Shown here piece by piece: positions 46,711 to 60,066 of a stretch of 64,000 nt of DNA. Position numbers and translations under genes: made by a program. This stretch comes from Botryllus schlosseri (lineage: Eukaryota), in NCBI GenBank assembly GCA_051294905.1, contig CM119373.1:9486001-9550000 (forward strand). The letters run 5' to 3'. Below the pieces are notes generated by a model. The model had not been told where the DNA came from. It searched no databases and saw only the letters and a list, made by a program, of their open reading frames with translations. Each line of letters starts with the position of its first letter. Within the stretch, counting starts at the first letter, position 1.

Positions 46711-48682
46711 GTATGTTATAATTTACTGTTCCTTCGTTTTGAGTTAAATCAATGCATCGTGGCTTATTTCTGCGCACTCCCCCCCTTATACGAACGTTTT
46801 TTTCATCGTCATTTCGCTTAATCGCCAATCCACTTTGGCGTTCTGTCATGATGATGACGGGATTTTTAATTACCTAATCATGTCACCGTGACTTGATACT
46901 AAAATTATGGCGGGGAGTAAGTTTAGATCAGCGCAAACACAGATTGCAGTGTTACAATTTCAATCCGCAAGTGTAAGAGAAACAAGCGGTATCAAAAGAT
47001 GCAATACGCTATGGGCATGCATATATTGAAAATCTGCTAGTACTTCACGGGTATTTGCCACCGATTAGTAATGTTGTTTACTACTCTGGCATTGTCCTGG
47101 ACGTCGATCTGCCATAACGGAGCCCCCCGCCATTTCAAGAAAACCATGAATGGAATTCCGTCATGTCGCCTGTATAGGCAGCGCGCAGTATCCTACGTCT
47201 TCGATATATTGTGATTCTATTACATGTCGGTAAATGTCTAATTGTGATTGAGGATATATTTGATATCATCATTTAGGTGTTTATATATGTATTGTCATTT
47301 GTAAGTTACATGTTGATGTGATTTAAACAAGAATAGCTAAATCAATGAATCTGTATATTTAAAAGCTCACTGTTCTGACGAATATCGGTAAATGCGGATA
47401 TTCGACCTATTTTTGAAACAGGCTCGCCTGGTGTAGACTATTGCGTCTGAAAAGTACTGTTCACTGTAAAAAATAATGATGGGTGTACCCATTGTCTAGA
47501 CCTGGTCCCACCTGAGTCATGTCGACATGGAAAATGTCCATGACAACTTGTCGACATCCATGTAGACCTGTTGACATCCATGTTCCTACCCATGTCCTAA
47601 TAATGATTAAAATTGACCTTTCACCTCGACCAATGTAAACATAATCTGTGGTTAGATGTATTTGGCTGTATTTGACATCTGGAATGTTTGCAAGAAAATC
47701 TGCGACAAAGTTCCATGAACTTGCTGACGGTGGCGCAAACTTGATATTCAAACCCCAATATGACGCCAATGCATATGATGGAAACACATTATTCCAGCGA
47801 CAGATTCCCCATCGAAAAGGATTGTCCACTTTTTCTGAAGAGTATCGAACTTCATCGTCGGGCAGACATTCTTCGGATCCTATATTGAATATGAACGTCA
47901 TTACCATTCATGCAATATTCAATAAGGCACACGAGTTGATAGAATATATATCAATAGTCTCCAAGGTAGTTTAAAGTTGTATTCATCACAGCCAGTTAAG
48001 ATGACAAAAATCAATTTGCACCTCATTACATTAATTGACCTAGTCTACGAATTGGCTCGGTATATCCAAAATCTACTTCTTGACAATATCAAGTATGCAC
48101 CGTATTTCATTCCTTTACCTATGCATCACTATACTATTTGATGCTACGATTATCCAATTTTTATTAAATGCATGAACTAATCCAAGGACTGGCAGTACAT
48201 CCAGGATTTGAATGCTCGTATGTTGGTGGCGGAGTTCAACATTGGTGATTGCGACCCGGCCAAAGGTTGTTTGTATATTTTCTGGGAATTCCGAAAACAG
48301 AATACTCACTTTTTGAAATCCGCAAGTAAAATTAAACTAGGACTAATCAATCACCTTCTAGAATTCAAAACTAGAATTGAAACTAAAACTACTCAATTTC
48401 CAAAAACCACAAATATAACTATAACTTATTTACAACTATATCTAAAACTTTTAAAAATTCGATAGAACCAGTACTAACAACCTATTAAAATCAGGAACTT
48501 ACAAACTAAATCACAACTAACAATATCAGTGGTTTTTGACTGTTTTTCCCCGAAAGCAATGGCGCATGACACTAAACTCACATGGTTTGTAGTAGGGCTG
48601 GGCAAAATGATTCGAGCACTCGAATCTGATGTGAGTAGAGTATTATTATTATTATTGTAGTATTGTCGTGGGGTATTATTAG

Positions 48683-49196
48683 TAGGGCTGGGCAGTGAGC
48701 ATAATGATTCGATTACTCGAATCTGAATCGAGTAATAATTTTAATGATTCGAGTCGAGTAGTAAAAGACCATTTTTTCGAGTACTAAAATTATACACGCT
48801 TCTCGCTACTCAAAGTTATTTTATCAACTAGAATTGTGGTTTCGATACTATTTTCCATTGTGGAAGCCGTGAAACTTTGATTGACCTATCGGAGCATACG
48901 AAACATATAGTACAAAGCTACGACCGTTACAGGAAAAACATTTCCGAAGTCATGATCCTCCCCCAACATTGCAAGAAAATGCAATGAAATCGGTAGGGTC
49001 GAAAAATACCCAAGTATTTTTAATGGGATAGATAAGGCATTACATTCGCTGTGGTGGGACAAAATGTACATATTTTAACTTTGACATATTAGATTTTGTT
49101 GTGACGTCAAAATTAGTGATACTCGAATACTCGACTCGAAGCATAATACGTGATTCAGAATCGAATCGCTCAGGCACTCGATTTTGCCCAGCCCTA
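48683..49196. mobile_element. hAT (Ac-type) MITE, 514 bp; extra left-end fragment at 48593
   Basis: TIR TAGGGCTGGGCA; TSD ATTATTAG; ACTCGA/TTCGA subterminal repeats. Confidence 0.9.
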
Positions 49197-50390
49197 ATTA
49201 TTAGGAAACCCGTTTTGGCCATTATCAAGAACTCACCTTATTCACAATCAGGAAGCTGTCAAAGCGTTCATTGCAAATGGTGGGGATGACGACCATCCAG
49301 TCCATTGTCTGACCACCTGAATGAGAAGTGCCAGAAATCAGCTCAAGAGAAACACTTCGGGAAAAAAAAAACTTTTTTAAAATTAAATGAATGCAGTTAC
49401 TGTTTGTGTAGTGTGAACTGCAAACATATGTGTGGCAAAAACTACGCAAATTTCAACATCGCCTTAGGGACCAGACAGTTTTTAAAATCCGCAACTTGAA
49501 ATACCCTATTTTTATATATCCTACCAAGAAGTAATGACCTTTAAAATCCCCAACGAACTCAGCCCTGGGCAAAGTGTGGCCCGCTATTTGAACAGTACGC
49601 GTGTCCGTTCAAAACATAAAACCTACTTTTGAATATTGCTGCGTGGAATAAAACCACGAGCTGGGTGAACTGAGCTGGAACGGAACTTGATTTACTTTGG
49701 AGCCTGCTGAATGACATATCGCGATTACACAGCCTTCCATATAGTTTGGTTCAAACCATACCTGCCATTGTCACATTACGCATTACGCGGTCTGTGCTTC
49801 GTATTCTTTCGTGATAGGCTACGTTTTGCATTACCTATGATTTCGTAAAACAAGTTAATCAGTGCTGCTCGTTTTTACTATGAGACCTCATCATCCGTAA
49901 AGGATAAACAGGCCTATCATAAAAAGAACGTCAAAAGCTGAAATGCAAAAAGGTATGGATCACTAACCACAGGGCCGCAACTGCCGCACACCAGACGCCT
50001 CAAATGAAGGGGGCCCCGAGCTAGAAGGACTAAAAATTATTATGTAAATAGACATAAATTATATAATTTATGAAATTTCATTCAAAATGTCTTCCCTCGA
50101 TTTATCGTGACTAGATGTCTTGATAGTAATATGGGTACCCCTCTACCCGCAAAACAGCTAATTTATAGAGATCAGCATTTCAACGTCGGTTGTTAGCGCG
50201 TCATGACACACCAAGACATTGACGTTTCGGCTAACATGCGACTCTGCGAAGTGTGCTGCGAAAAAGCTCCACGGCGAGGAAACCTTGACCAAAAGTACCG
50301 CAACATGTTGGCCTAAACCGCTATATATATGTCGATTTCACCAAGTCGCAACTGTTTGGATAGAAGCGATCAAGACAATAAGCTTTGTAG

Positions 50391-50584
50391 CAATGTTCCC
50401 TCTAAGCTGCGCACGTACGCAAATGCGCAGTGCTGATACGGTCTCTGCGCATAGAAAATTTAAGTTGCGCACAAATATTCCGAAGTGATGACCTATTTTT
50501 TAGTCGTAACGCAATGTTTTCCAAGGGTCTGCGCAGTGAGTTGGTGAGTGTGCGCAGAATTGTGAAAAATTAGAGGGAACATTG
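50391..50584. mobile_element. hAT MITE, 194 bp
   Basis: TIR CAATGTTCCCTCTAA; TSD CTTTGTAG. Confidence 0.92.
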
Positions 50585-52812
50585 CTTTGTAGTATCCCAA
50601 ATTCCTTTTACTGTCTTAATATAAAAACCTGGACTAAAGAGAATTCAAAATGTATCATGTTTAACATTATTTTAAATTATGAGGGAGAATAAATGTGATG
50701 ACATGCTTTTCAGTTATTGAGCGCCTACTACATTTTTACGTGCACAACTGCGGAGCTGGAACAAGAATTACTCACTACCCGAAATCCGTAACTAAAACTA
50801 GAACTAATCATTTTTCACAATCCGCAACTAGGACTACTCAACAGATACTGACCGTCAACTAACTAACTTTGTAAAAGTCTGTTACTTACCCATAACTTTT
50901 TGTACTTCTATCAGAATTTCTTGCGGTTGCAGGAGACTGAGTGCAGAGCTCCAAGTCTTCCAAAATCTTCGAGGTCAAGTCAACTTCCATACAGGCTTGA
51001 TTCAGCCAACATATTTTCATTTCTTCCAAAATCTGAACATTGTGACAGATTTACATCATAGCTAATTAATTAAGTTAGTCTACAGTAGCCTTCAGTACTA
51101 TCAGTAGTCTCAATCTAAGCACGAGTCGGGATTGTGGTCGAGGATATGTCACAACTATCGCAAATCATTTCACCAACATATATAGTTTGTTTTGTAATAT
51201 CCTAGCATTCTGCAAAATGAACTCTTTGCGGATTTGTTGCCAAGTCGCAGGTTGACTCGATAATGGCAATGTTGTGTTTGAAACCACTGCGTTATACCTA
51301 CCAAGTGACGAAGTGAGCACGGGTAAAAACTGGGTACATCTCCAATCTCCATCAGTACTCTTGTTGATATTCCCTTTGCGACACTGTCACGGCGTGATTT
51401 GAAAGTTCTTCTCATTCTATCTTGCAGCATCTCTTCATCTGGCACCCTCTTTTTCCACTCTGCTCTTATTTCCTTTTGATGCTCGTCGGCGCTAAGTTTG
51501 TCTTCGGAAAGGTAGATGTGTTGAATTTGCAAACAGCTTTCTCTGCACAATAATAGAAGAGTGACGATAATACTTGGCTTAGCCATGGACATATCTCTTC
51601 AGCACAAAAATAGCAACGTGCTTGTAAGAAATCGATTCCAAGGTTGAAATTGAAGGGGCACCACTCAAAATATGATGTGGTCTCTCAAGAAATTATCCAT
51701 AAAAAACTCCAATTATCGTAAATCCAATTACCCTGAATATATAATTATTTTACTGCATTTTGATTTAATACAGTGTTCAGTATAACGAGTAGATTTAATT
51801 TCCTAACTTGATAACACGACTAAGCCGTTTTTTTATCTGGACACTACAGTGAAAATGTGACGTTAGTCAAAATAACCCCATGGGTTATCACCAAAACCAG
51901 AGACAATTTGAAAAAACCAAGGTCATATTCGGAATCATTGTCCTTCGTAACTCCGAAAGGACTCTTCCAATATGTGTTAAGGGTGTAATCCCAGTATAGT
52001 AGCCTACCAATTCATGTGTGGTAATAATTACTTACTTTCATCGTCAAGATTAGTCGTATTACTGCTTTATCTTGCACGAGGCAAATGCTTCTTCGTAATA
52101 TAGAAGTTGAATATACTGTCCCCGATATTACTCCAAAAATACAGTTCTCACAGTTTCAGCTATCTCAGATCTGTGATCCACTGTAATCACTCGTTTATGA
52201 TCTCCATAAGTCACCAGCAGCCTCATTTTCAATGTCACAAATATCACAGGAGTAATAATACAAACAACTGCAGTAGGCGTATGTATATATCTGTAAAATA
52301 CAAAGTTACATCAGTTCCATATGTTTCTAGGGTTTTCAAATCTTGAATCATCAAAGGCTCGAGCATAGCATGATATCCCATATTTTTCACAGCTGAAGTT
52401 TTTTCAATCACCTCATAGGATGAATATTCCTCCAGTTGGATAAATACTTCACTTCAACATTGCCCAGTACGGTACAAAATAAAAGCAAGTGAGCTTGTGT
52501 AACGTCTAGAACGCCTAACGCATTACCAACTTCCACATGATCTACAACTACATACAAATGGATACGCAGTAAACTTTGATCACTATTTGTAGCCGTTCGG
52601 CAGTTCTCGCCATATATCTGACTTAATACGGCTAAGTTGCTTCATATGTTCGACTATACCCAGTAACGCATTGCAGATTCGGCGGATATATTACAACGAA
52701 GGCAGGCACAATAAATACATCAATACTTACAATCCAATCCAATCCAATCCAATGCTTAATACAGCAACAAGCCATAAACTTTGCAACTTTGACAAAGACA
52801 ACCAAAGGGGCC

Positions 52813-53138
52813 TGGCTGCCCATCCAATAAGTCGCTGCTGAAGAGATTCGGCGTCCTAAACATAGAAGATATGCGGAAACTAGAAATCGCCAAGTTTATG
52901 TATAAGTTTCACTGCGGTCGTTGCCCCGAATATTTCAATGACTTCTTTACCTCTGAATCAAAAGCGCACAAGTACAACACACGCGCGTCCACGTCGTCCA
53001 AATATCATATGATCGACCGAAAAGATCATCGCTCCATCAAATATGCCGGACCTGATGTGTGGAACAGTATCCCGCCGGCCATCCGACAGTCGACGAGCAT
53101 GTCCAGTGTCCACATTCAAGTCGAAATACAAGGAATTA
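52813..53138 (+). mobile_element. CR1/L2-type LINE fragment, left half (split by the CACTA element)
   Basis: KSLLKRFGVLNIEDMRKLEIAKFMY...KYAGPDVWNSIPPAIRQS; homologous to 45063-45700. Confidence 0.85.
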
Positions 53139-53452
53139 CCCAGCAAACACTAGTACAGGCCAGGAATGTAGAAAGGCCGTTTTTATTAGGGCGTGTCGGG
53201 AATGTAAAAAGACCCTGCCTTGTCGACTCGTTTCAACGTACTTCTAACGCTCTGCAAGACCGTATTAAATAGATCTTTTCAACGTACTTGTAACGCTCTG
53301 CAAGACCGTATTAAATAGATCTTTTCAACGTACTTTAAACACTCTGCAAGTGCCGGTTTATTACGGCGTGGCGAGCATGTAAAAATACCCTGCCTTGTCG
53401 ACTGCACAACGGTACATAATCCCTCGTTCCAACGTAATTCTTTGCTCCGCAG

Positions 53453-53851
53453 CAGAGATGAGCATGGATTAGGATTAGGTTTTGAAAAAACAGGATTTGT
53501 GAAATTTTGGCGGATTCGGATTGGATTTGACATTTTTTTCTGAACGGATTAGGATTTGGATTTATCTATTTTCTGGGAGATTGAAATGTCGTGTGGCGAA
53601 TGGCGACAAACTTTATTCGGATCAGTTATTAATGTACTTATGGTTACTAGGTTATCTTGAATCAAGTGAATCGTTGGTTGTGAAAGAAAATTTTCGAATC
53701 CCTCCATTGCATAAAATAATTTTTTTTCTGAATTTCCAGTTGGAATCGGATTAGGATTGGACATGGACTTGAATATGAAAAAGTTATGGATTAGGATTTG
53801 GAGGTTCGGATTTGGATTAGGATATAGAAATTTCAAATCCGCTCATCTCTG
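53453..53851. mobile_element. hAT MITE with GGATT repeats, 399 bp
   Basis: TIR CAGAGATGAGC; TSD CTCCGCAG/CTGCGCAG. Confidence 0.88.
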
Positions 53852-53982
53852 CTGCGCAGGACTGTCAGCACTAGCGGCATAACTGATCTCGGGAACACAT
53901 AAATCACAGCTTTATATGGCTCTTATTGAATATAATACGAAAAAACTTCCAAAACAATAAATTTTCATGTCAGCTTAAAAAC

Positions 53983-54243
53983 GGTTGCCCGACATATGAG
54001 CATGCGACACAATGGAAAACGACAGTTCAGAATGGAACACATCAGCATGCGTCACTTCAGCATGCGACTGTATAACCCAAAAACGTACCCTAACCCGAAA
54101 CATAGCCTAACCTAACCTAACCCTAACCCAACCCTAAATCCAACCCTAACCTACCCCTAACCCGTAATTTAACCCACATGCTCATGTGCCGCATGCCGAA
54201 GTCTCGCATGCTGTAATGTCGCATGCTCATATGTCCACGGACC
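53983..54243. mobile_element. MULE-like MITE, 261 bp, with internal (CCTAA)n
   Basis: 26-bp imperfect TIR GGT.....GACATATGAGCATGCGAC; 9-bp TSD CTTAAAAAC. Confidence 0.8.
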
Positions 54244-54244
54244 C

Positions 54245-57200
54245 TTAAAAACACATCACTTCTTCGTCTTGATCGTCGTCTGACGATAAGGTGTTATTTC
54301 TTTTTCTTTTTTTAGCAACCTCCTGTAAAGACAGAAATATCGATTAGCTGTCGCATTAATTCAAATCCAGGGCATAGCAATTTTTTGAGGAGAGGGCAGA
54401 AAAATGGTTGATGGGGAAATGTGAAGATATGAAGAAAAAAATAGAGTGAAAAAACTGTGGTCTTAGGCTCGTAACTGGGTGATTAACACAACTTCAACGG
54501 TGATCTTTTTACCCACAGACATACCGTTATGGAAGATCAGTGCTCCTCTACTTCCGCGCAAAGCACATTTTTTTAAGATAATGGTCAATAATATTGATAC
54601 TTTCACTGATCCGTGGGCAATGGGCACCCAACAGGATGGATCGAAAGCCCCACGTCATTGCCATGTAGGCACACCGTGTATCTCTTGCGGCACTAAGCGC
54701 AAAAAAAACAGACATCACACAAATAGATATACAATTCTGTACATCATGCGTACTATTTACGTCTATTTATATTTTTATCGAGAGGCGGGTACTCAACGAT
54801 AAAAAAATACCGAAACTAAATGCGACACTGTAAAGCCCACAAAACCTGTAAAACTAGCAGGGTTTTGCGGGTGGCACACATAACAATACCAACAAAAGCA
54901 AGGCATATTCAGGTAATGTGTGTATGTTTTACAATATCATTCCTTCATGGTAAAAGTGTTTTGGTCTTCTAATTATACCTTTATCCATTGTTTTGTCACC
55001 GATTGGAAAACTCCGAGTGCCAAAATTTCTGACTTGATGTACCAAGACTATAAAGACACTCTAGCACAGTGGTTCTCAACCTTTTTGAACTCGCGGACCG
55101 GTAAAATTTCAAAAAATAGTCTGCGGACTGGTGGACATTTAAAAATTGAATAAACCCGAAATGCAACTACGATAAAAGCATGCAACCATGTTTTGCAAGA
55201 TTGCTGCTAGAGAGTGATATTTTGAGGGTTTTATTTGTGTTCATGACGGCATTCATGGAAATCTGCAGTAGTGTGTCTAAGGCCATGGATTAACCGACTA
55301 CATCAGGGGTTTTAACCTTTATATGGTCGCGACCTCAAGACACCTAATTCCGATTCGAAAATGTTCCGTTTGGCGTGCTGACTACAAAAAATGTAATAGT
55401 GCAGAAAAAGTAATTATGCAATTATGGACGTGTCAATCTCCTTCTCCGTCCAAGACTATAGCAATATATCGTTGTTTTGGAACGATTTCTATCGATATCG
55501 AAGTGAAGTTCCGGTAGTCGAGTAATGCTGCGTGAAATTCTGCGTCGCGCGAAGAGCAGACAACAATCTATAAGTTGCTCGGCCGCGCTCAGCGACTTTG
55601 TTTGTTCTGTTAACTCAGTGGTTCTCAAACTTTTTCGAAAACATCACGAAACGGTCCCTTGGCAATCTTTTGTATGACTCACGGTCCCTTACCAAATTAA
55701 CACAGAACACCCAAAAACGGTGGTCTTGGTCGTCATAGGGCGATCAACTTAATTTCTGGGGAAAGAATTCCTCCGACCCCGCTTACCGAGCCGAATTTGC
55801 TAACGGCATACGCGAGACTTAATGATTTTTTTCTATCGGCTTAGTAAGCACCAACCAGCGGTATGAAAATCAGATTACAGTTATTTTGTTTTCGCGTGAA
55901 TCGCGAAGTTTTCTACGAGTAAATTTTGTCAATATTACAGTAATTAATTTGATGTTGTTATTTCGTGTCCCCAGGTAATGATTGTGGCTACTCAAATATT
56001 ATTGGAGTCGCTCACACGTACCCGACAAAACTGAAGGAAAATCATTTTTAAATTCTCATTTTAACACTGAAAGTATTGTTTTCCTCCGCGGGTCGCATTT
56101 GTACCGCGTGCGGCTTGGATTAGGACTAGTCGGTGACGACTATTCCGGTGCCTGAACACATCAATATCGAAGTTTCCGGCCAACATACCGCCAGTGATGT
56201 GATCTTTTTGCCAGCGCACTTCTCGTGAAGTCGCGTATTGGCCAAAACGCTCTATGTCTTGGTGTGTCCTGGCGAGGAAACGGTCAACGCCGCAATGCTG
56301 ATAATGCAGCCGCTCTTTACGTGTCCCTAGATTGAAGTATTTCAAAGGCCTTAAGCGATGCTCTCATAATTGAGAATGCAGGAAGATTCTTCAGATTTCA
56401 ATTCTGTAAATTCATGCGTATTTTGTTCCGGGGCGGTTATACGCGCAATTAAATCGAGAAATACATATAGTTCAGTATTATACACATTCAGTATTAAAGG
56501 TGATATGTTGCTTGTTTCGTCAATTAAAAAGCCTTCAACTTATTGTATTTTGCAATTGAAGTTTTAAATTACAAAATGTCTGTCGGACCGGCGGTTGAGA
56601 ACCACTGCTCTAGCAAACAATCTCAATTCCCAATGATTTGCTGGTTTTGCGTACAGATATTTGGGTTCCTTTCATCAATAATTATCCATTCCATGATTTC
56701 TTGGGGCCATGAATCCCTATTTGGAATCGAATACCGAGACAATGGTCTCACAATTACATCGTCGACATAGCCGACATACTCGACATATGTCTGCGACATC
56801 TGTCACACAGTCGACTTATAGCTGCAACAAAGTCCAAATAGCTCCGACATATCTGTTACATAGTCGACATAGCCGATATAGCCGCTACATAGCTGCGACA
56901 TAGTCGATATAGCCGACATGCACAAAATAGACGGACCCCTATAATAGTGCTTCAGCGTACACCGTACGGCGTACATACATAAAAATCCTACCTTCCATCG
57001 GCATCCCCCTTTCTGACTTGGGAAGTGCCGCAGTGCTTCCCCGATAACATGAATGTAATCTTTTTCATTTGCCCCAACGTGAATCCTTTTGCAAGCTCCT
57101 AAAATGATTTTTGGAAGCGTTGACATCAAAAATGTTAAATTATAACATCAACTCTTTTGGCTTACGACAAAGGCAAACTACCAGAATGCCTATTAGGGCT

Positions 57201-59713
57201 CTTCAAAAATGATTTACGGTTTGGTAAACCGCCTATGACATCTTACCGAGGAAGATCCTATCGTAAAACACCAGAACGTCTTGTTAACCAAATTGCTATA
57301 CGACATATAAAACACATTCTATATAAACCATGACAAGGAATCTGGTGGATCCATTCGCGGAAGCCAGTTCAATTCCAGCCAGTAACCGCTTTGCTACAGG
57401 AAAAGTAAGTTTCTATTTATTATATAAAAATAAATAATAAAAAATTTGAAAATTTTCTGTTCACCGCATGAAAGTGTTAGGCTGTCTATAGAAACGATGC
57501 TCACCAAATTTGGTTCAATTCTAACCAGTGGAAGCGGAGTTATTGCCGTCGAAAAATTTGGATTTTAATAAAATAGTATTTACGGTGAGCACAACTATAA
57601 TAAATAAACAAAGAATCGGTCACCGTAAATACTATTTTATTCAAATCCAAATTTTTCCACGGCAGCATTATCATGAATGTCCCTTACTATATATGATCTT
57701 GTTTAAATTGAGGTTGATAAAAGCGTCTTTCCCGTTCTTTCCAACTCTGCTATATTGACTCCAGACACCAGCACAGGCGACTTTCTTCATCATGGTTCTT
57801 GCCGACTGTCCAATACTGTCGCCGCCTACGGTACTGAGTGCAAATAGCTGAAGTGTCAATATAGGAACAGAATTAGTCGACCGTTCATGACCTTCCGCGT
57901 TCAGAGAACAGTTGTATCTTAGCATCTTTGCGATAGATGCTAAAACAGTGGTTCCCAACGTGGGCGAATTGGCGGTCTAGGGTGGCGAAAATGGACAAAG
58001 GATGCGACAGGGGGCGAAAATAGCGAAGGGGGCGATAGGTGGGCAATTACGCGTCAAAACGGCTGACCTTTTTTTTAGTCAACCCATGGAAATTTAGTTG
58101 CAAAAGTGTCAAATTCGACATCGAGCCGAAAAGTTGACCTTTTTTTTAGTCAACCGGCCGGTGATTACAGTTTGTATGCCCATTATTCGGTACACAAAAT
58201 TTGGGGGTGACGATCGGTGTTGAGCTTGAAAAGGGGGCGATGGGTCGAAAAAGGTTGGGAACCACTGTGCTAAAAATGATCCAAGTATTACGATCGACAA
58301 CTTTGACTAACTGAATTTCTAAAAATAATAAAACACATTCAACATACCACATCTCTTGCAAAGGCTGTGTTTTCATGCAGTCTGTCATCGAATTTCTTTA
58401 AATCGTGTTTTGTGGCGAGTGGCTCTGGTATTACATCTTCTAGGATCAGTTCCGTTCTCTTTTTATCACTTTTCCCTCTCAAGCTCTGCCTAATCTCCAT
58501 CACGATAGGCTCTAGTGTCTCCAATGTCGCCTTCATTTGTTGCATGGTATCAACTGAAATCCAAGATCAATGATATCTGCTTGACCCGGTTGAAATCAAC
58601 TGAGTATCTCAGAAATACATACTGATCGTAGCAGATGCCATACTGTCTCCGCCAAATGAATAAGAATCGGGCTTTCGTGAACCGTGACTGGTACAAAAAC
58701 AATATTTTTCAAATGTTTGAAAATGTGATTATTTTCCTGTAACAAGCGTGAATAATGCAATAGTAAATTACATTTCAACGATGTTTGTGGAAAGCCTGTC
58801 TGCAAGGTCCCGTCAAATATGGCCTACGGTAATTGGAAATTATACATTGAATATCCCTATTATTGATGCTGCGGCCCGCGGCGTCATAAAAAAACTAGGA
58901 AATTGGCCCGCGAGCACATTTGAGTTTGAGACCTGTGGTTTAGTGTTATCACACTCACAATATACACTCACCAATCTGAGCAATCACAGTGGTATGATCG
59001 TCACCAGAAGACGTCTTCGGATTCGTGTTTGGTGACTCTTTAGTGGATTGAGTACGCAGTGTCGAGCTTTCCTCATCTATTGCAAGAGTTATTTTTTTAA
59101 TTTCCGTTAGAATGTTGTGAATGGCTATTTTACGAACCAACAGATAGGAAGCTCCCATTGGAAACAAAATAAAAGTTACTAATCAATTATTTCAAAACTG
59201 GTTAAAATAACTAGCAGTTAATCAATGTTTGTGCATACCGTAGGATGATTCCTCTGACAATTCAGAGAATTTTTTTGGCGGCGGTCTTTCTCTCACGTTT
59301 TCAGTTTCTGAGGAAGCCGATTCCACGTTACTAGTATATTCTGATCTCGATAATCTTTGCAGTGCAACTTGCCAGTCCTCTGAAGATATTTTACAAGTTT
59401 TGAGTCTTGAAATTACATGAAACATTTCTCTGACCAAACCTGTTTCGTCTCCTAATATCTTGATGATATACAATGGCCAAGTGTTGTCCAGCTTGGGAGG
59501 CACCCCTTTCCTAGCGCGCTCCGTTGCGTTCTTTCGCGGAAAATAGCAGTGCAGCTTTTCCTGAATTCACAATACATCATGTTAGTTTAACTTCACATGT
59601 CATCAGAACACAATGACTGAACATACATCAATTACCACTTTCCAGGTGGTATGGATAATTGCACATGAGCGGCTTTTTGTGAATTCAGCAATGGCATAGG
59701 AAGTTTGAGTCAT
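54245..59713 (-). CDS. CACTA accessory (TnpA-like, DUF4806-like) spliced gene
   Basis: Exons 59713-59639 (MTQTSYAIAEFT..IIHTTW); from 59560 (CYFPRK..WPLYIIKILG, 60-nt intron, DWQVALQRLSRSEYTS) to 59239; 59124-58972; 58553 to about 58347; 57847-57688 (LSTVGG..RTMMKK..YSRVGKNGKDAF); 57098 to about 56991 (GEALRHFPSQKGG); 54322-54245 (EVAKKRKR...CF*). The exon near 58620-58740 is unresolved. Confidence 0.68.
55067..56607. mobile_element. Non-autonomous hAT (Buster-type) element, 1541 bp
   Basis: TIR CAGTGGTTCTCAACC; TSD CTCTAGCA. Confidence 0.92.
56755..56920. repeat. Degenerate tandem GTCGACATAGCC-like repeats (transposon subterminal remnant)
   Basis: Several copies of CGACATA/GTCGACATAG. Confidence 0.65.
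57946..58267. mobile_element. hAT (Buster-type) MITE, 322 bp, intronic
   Basis: TIR CAGTGGTTCCCAAC; TSD TGCTAAAA. Confidence 0.92.
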
Positions 59714-60066
59714 TGCATGTGCTTTTTCCTATACACCTATGAAACATGTGTTCATTAAAATATTATTAGGAAATACAAAAGCAGTCACAAAAACATAATT
59801 TTCCGCACGAAAAGCCAAAATACGGTATCATTTTACAAGATATTTATGGCGAGGAGTGAGCCGCGCTATAAGTCGACAGGTACGGAATCATAAGTAGCGA
59901 CCTGAGGTAAAATGACCAGAAGTCAAACCACAATGAACACCACAAACAAACAATTATCTTCAAAGCCTATGTCACATCTACAGCCTATGACGCACGCCGT
60001 AAACATTGAGGCACATGAATTTAGCTCCTACTTGAAAGCAGAAAAACAAGTGTTAAACCGTTCATA

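Larger units (their letters stand above)
47462..52226 (-). pseudogene. Degraded CACTA-like element: CACTG terminus plus spliced, frameshifted accessory gene (SAMD3-C-terminus-like by inference)
   Basis: CACTGTAAAAAA end with GTCGACAT repeats at 47462; minus-strand pieces MRLLVTYGDHKRVI (ATG 52226), EHQKEIRAEWKKRVPDEEMLQDRMRRTFKSRR..LEMYP (frameshift), ILEEMK, ALASYWGLNIKFAPPSASSWNFVADFLANIP; second terminus not found. Confidence 0.5.

Noticed and set aside
48200-48290. GGTGGCGGAGTTCAACATTGGTGATTGC as a decayed Ser195 exon of gene B
   Set aside because: No GDSGG and needs frameshifts; the minus strand reads better as part of the CACTA-like relic.
48886-49071. Minus-strand ORF (LAMLGEDHDF) as another exon of the relic accessory gene
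   Set aside because: It lies wholly inside a TIR/TSD-bounded hAT MITE (48683-49196).
54090-54170. (CCTAA/CCCTAA)n as an interstitial telomere
   Set aside because: Short, degenerate and enclosed in a 261-bp MITE with TIRs and a 9-bp TSD.
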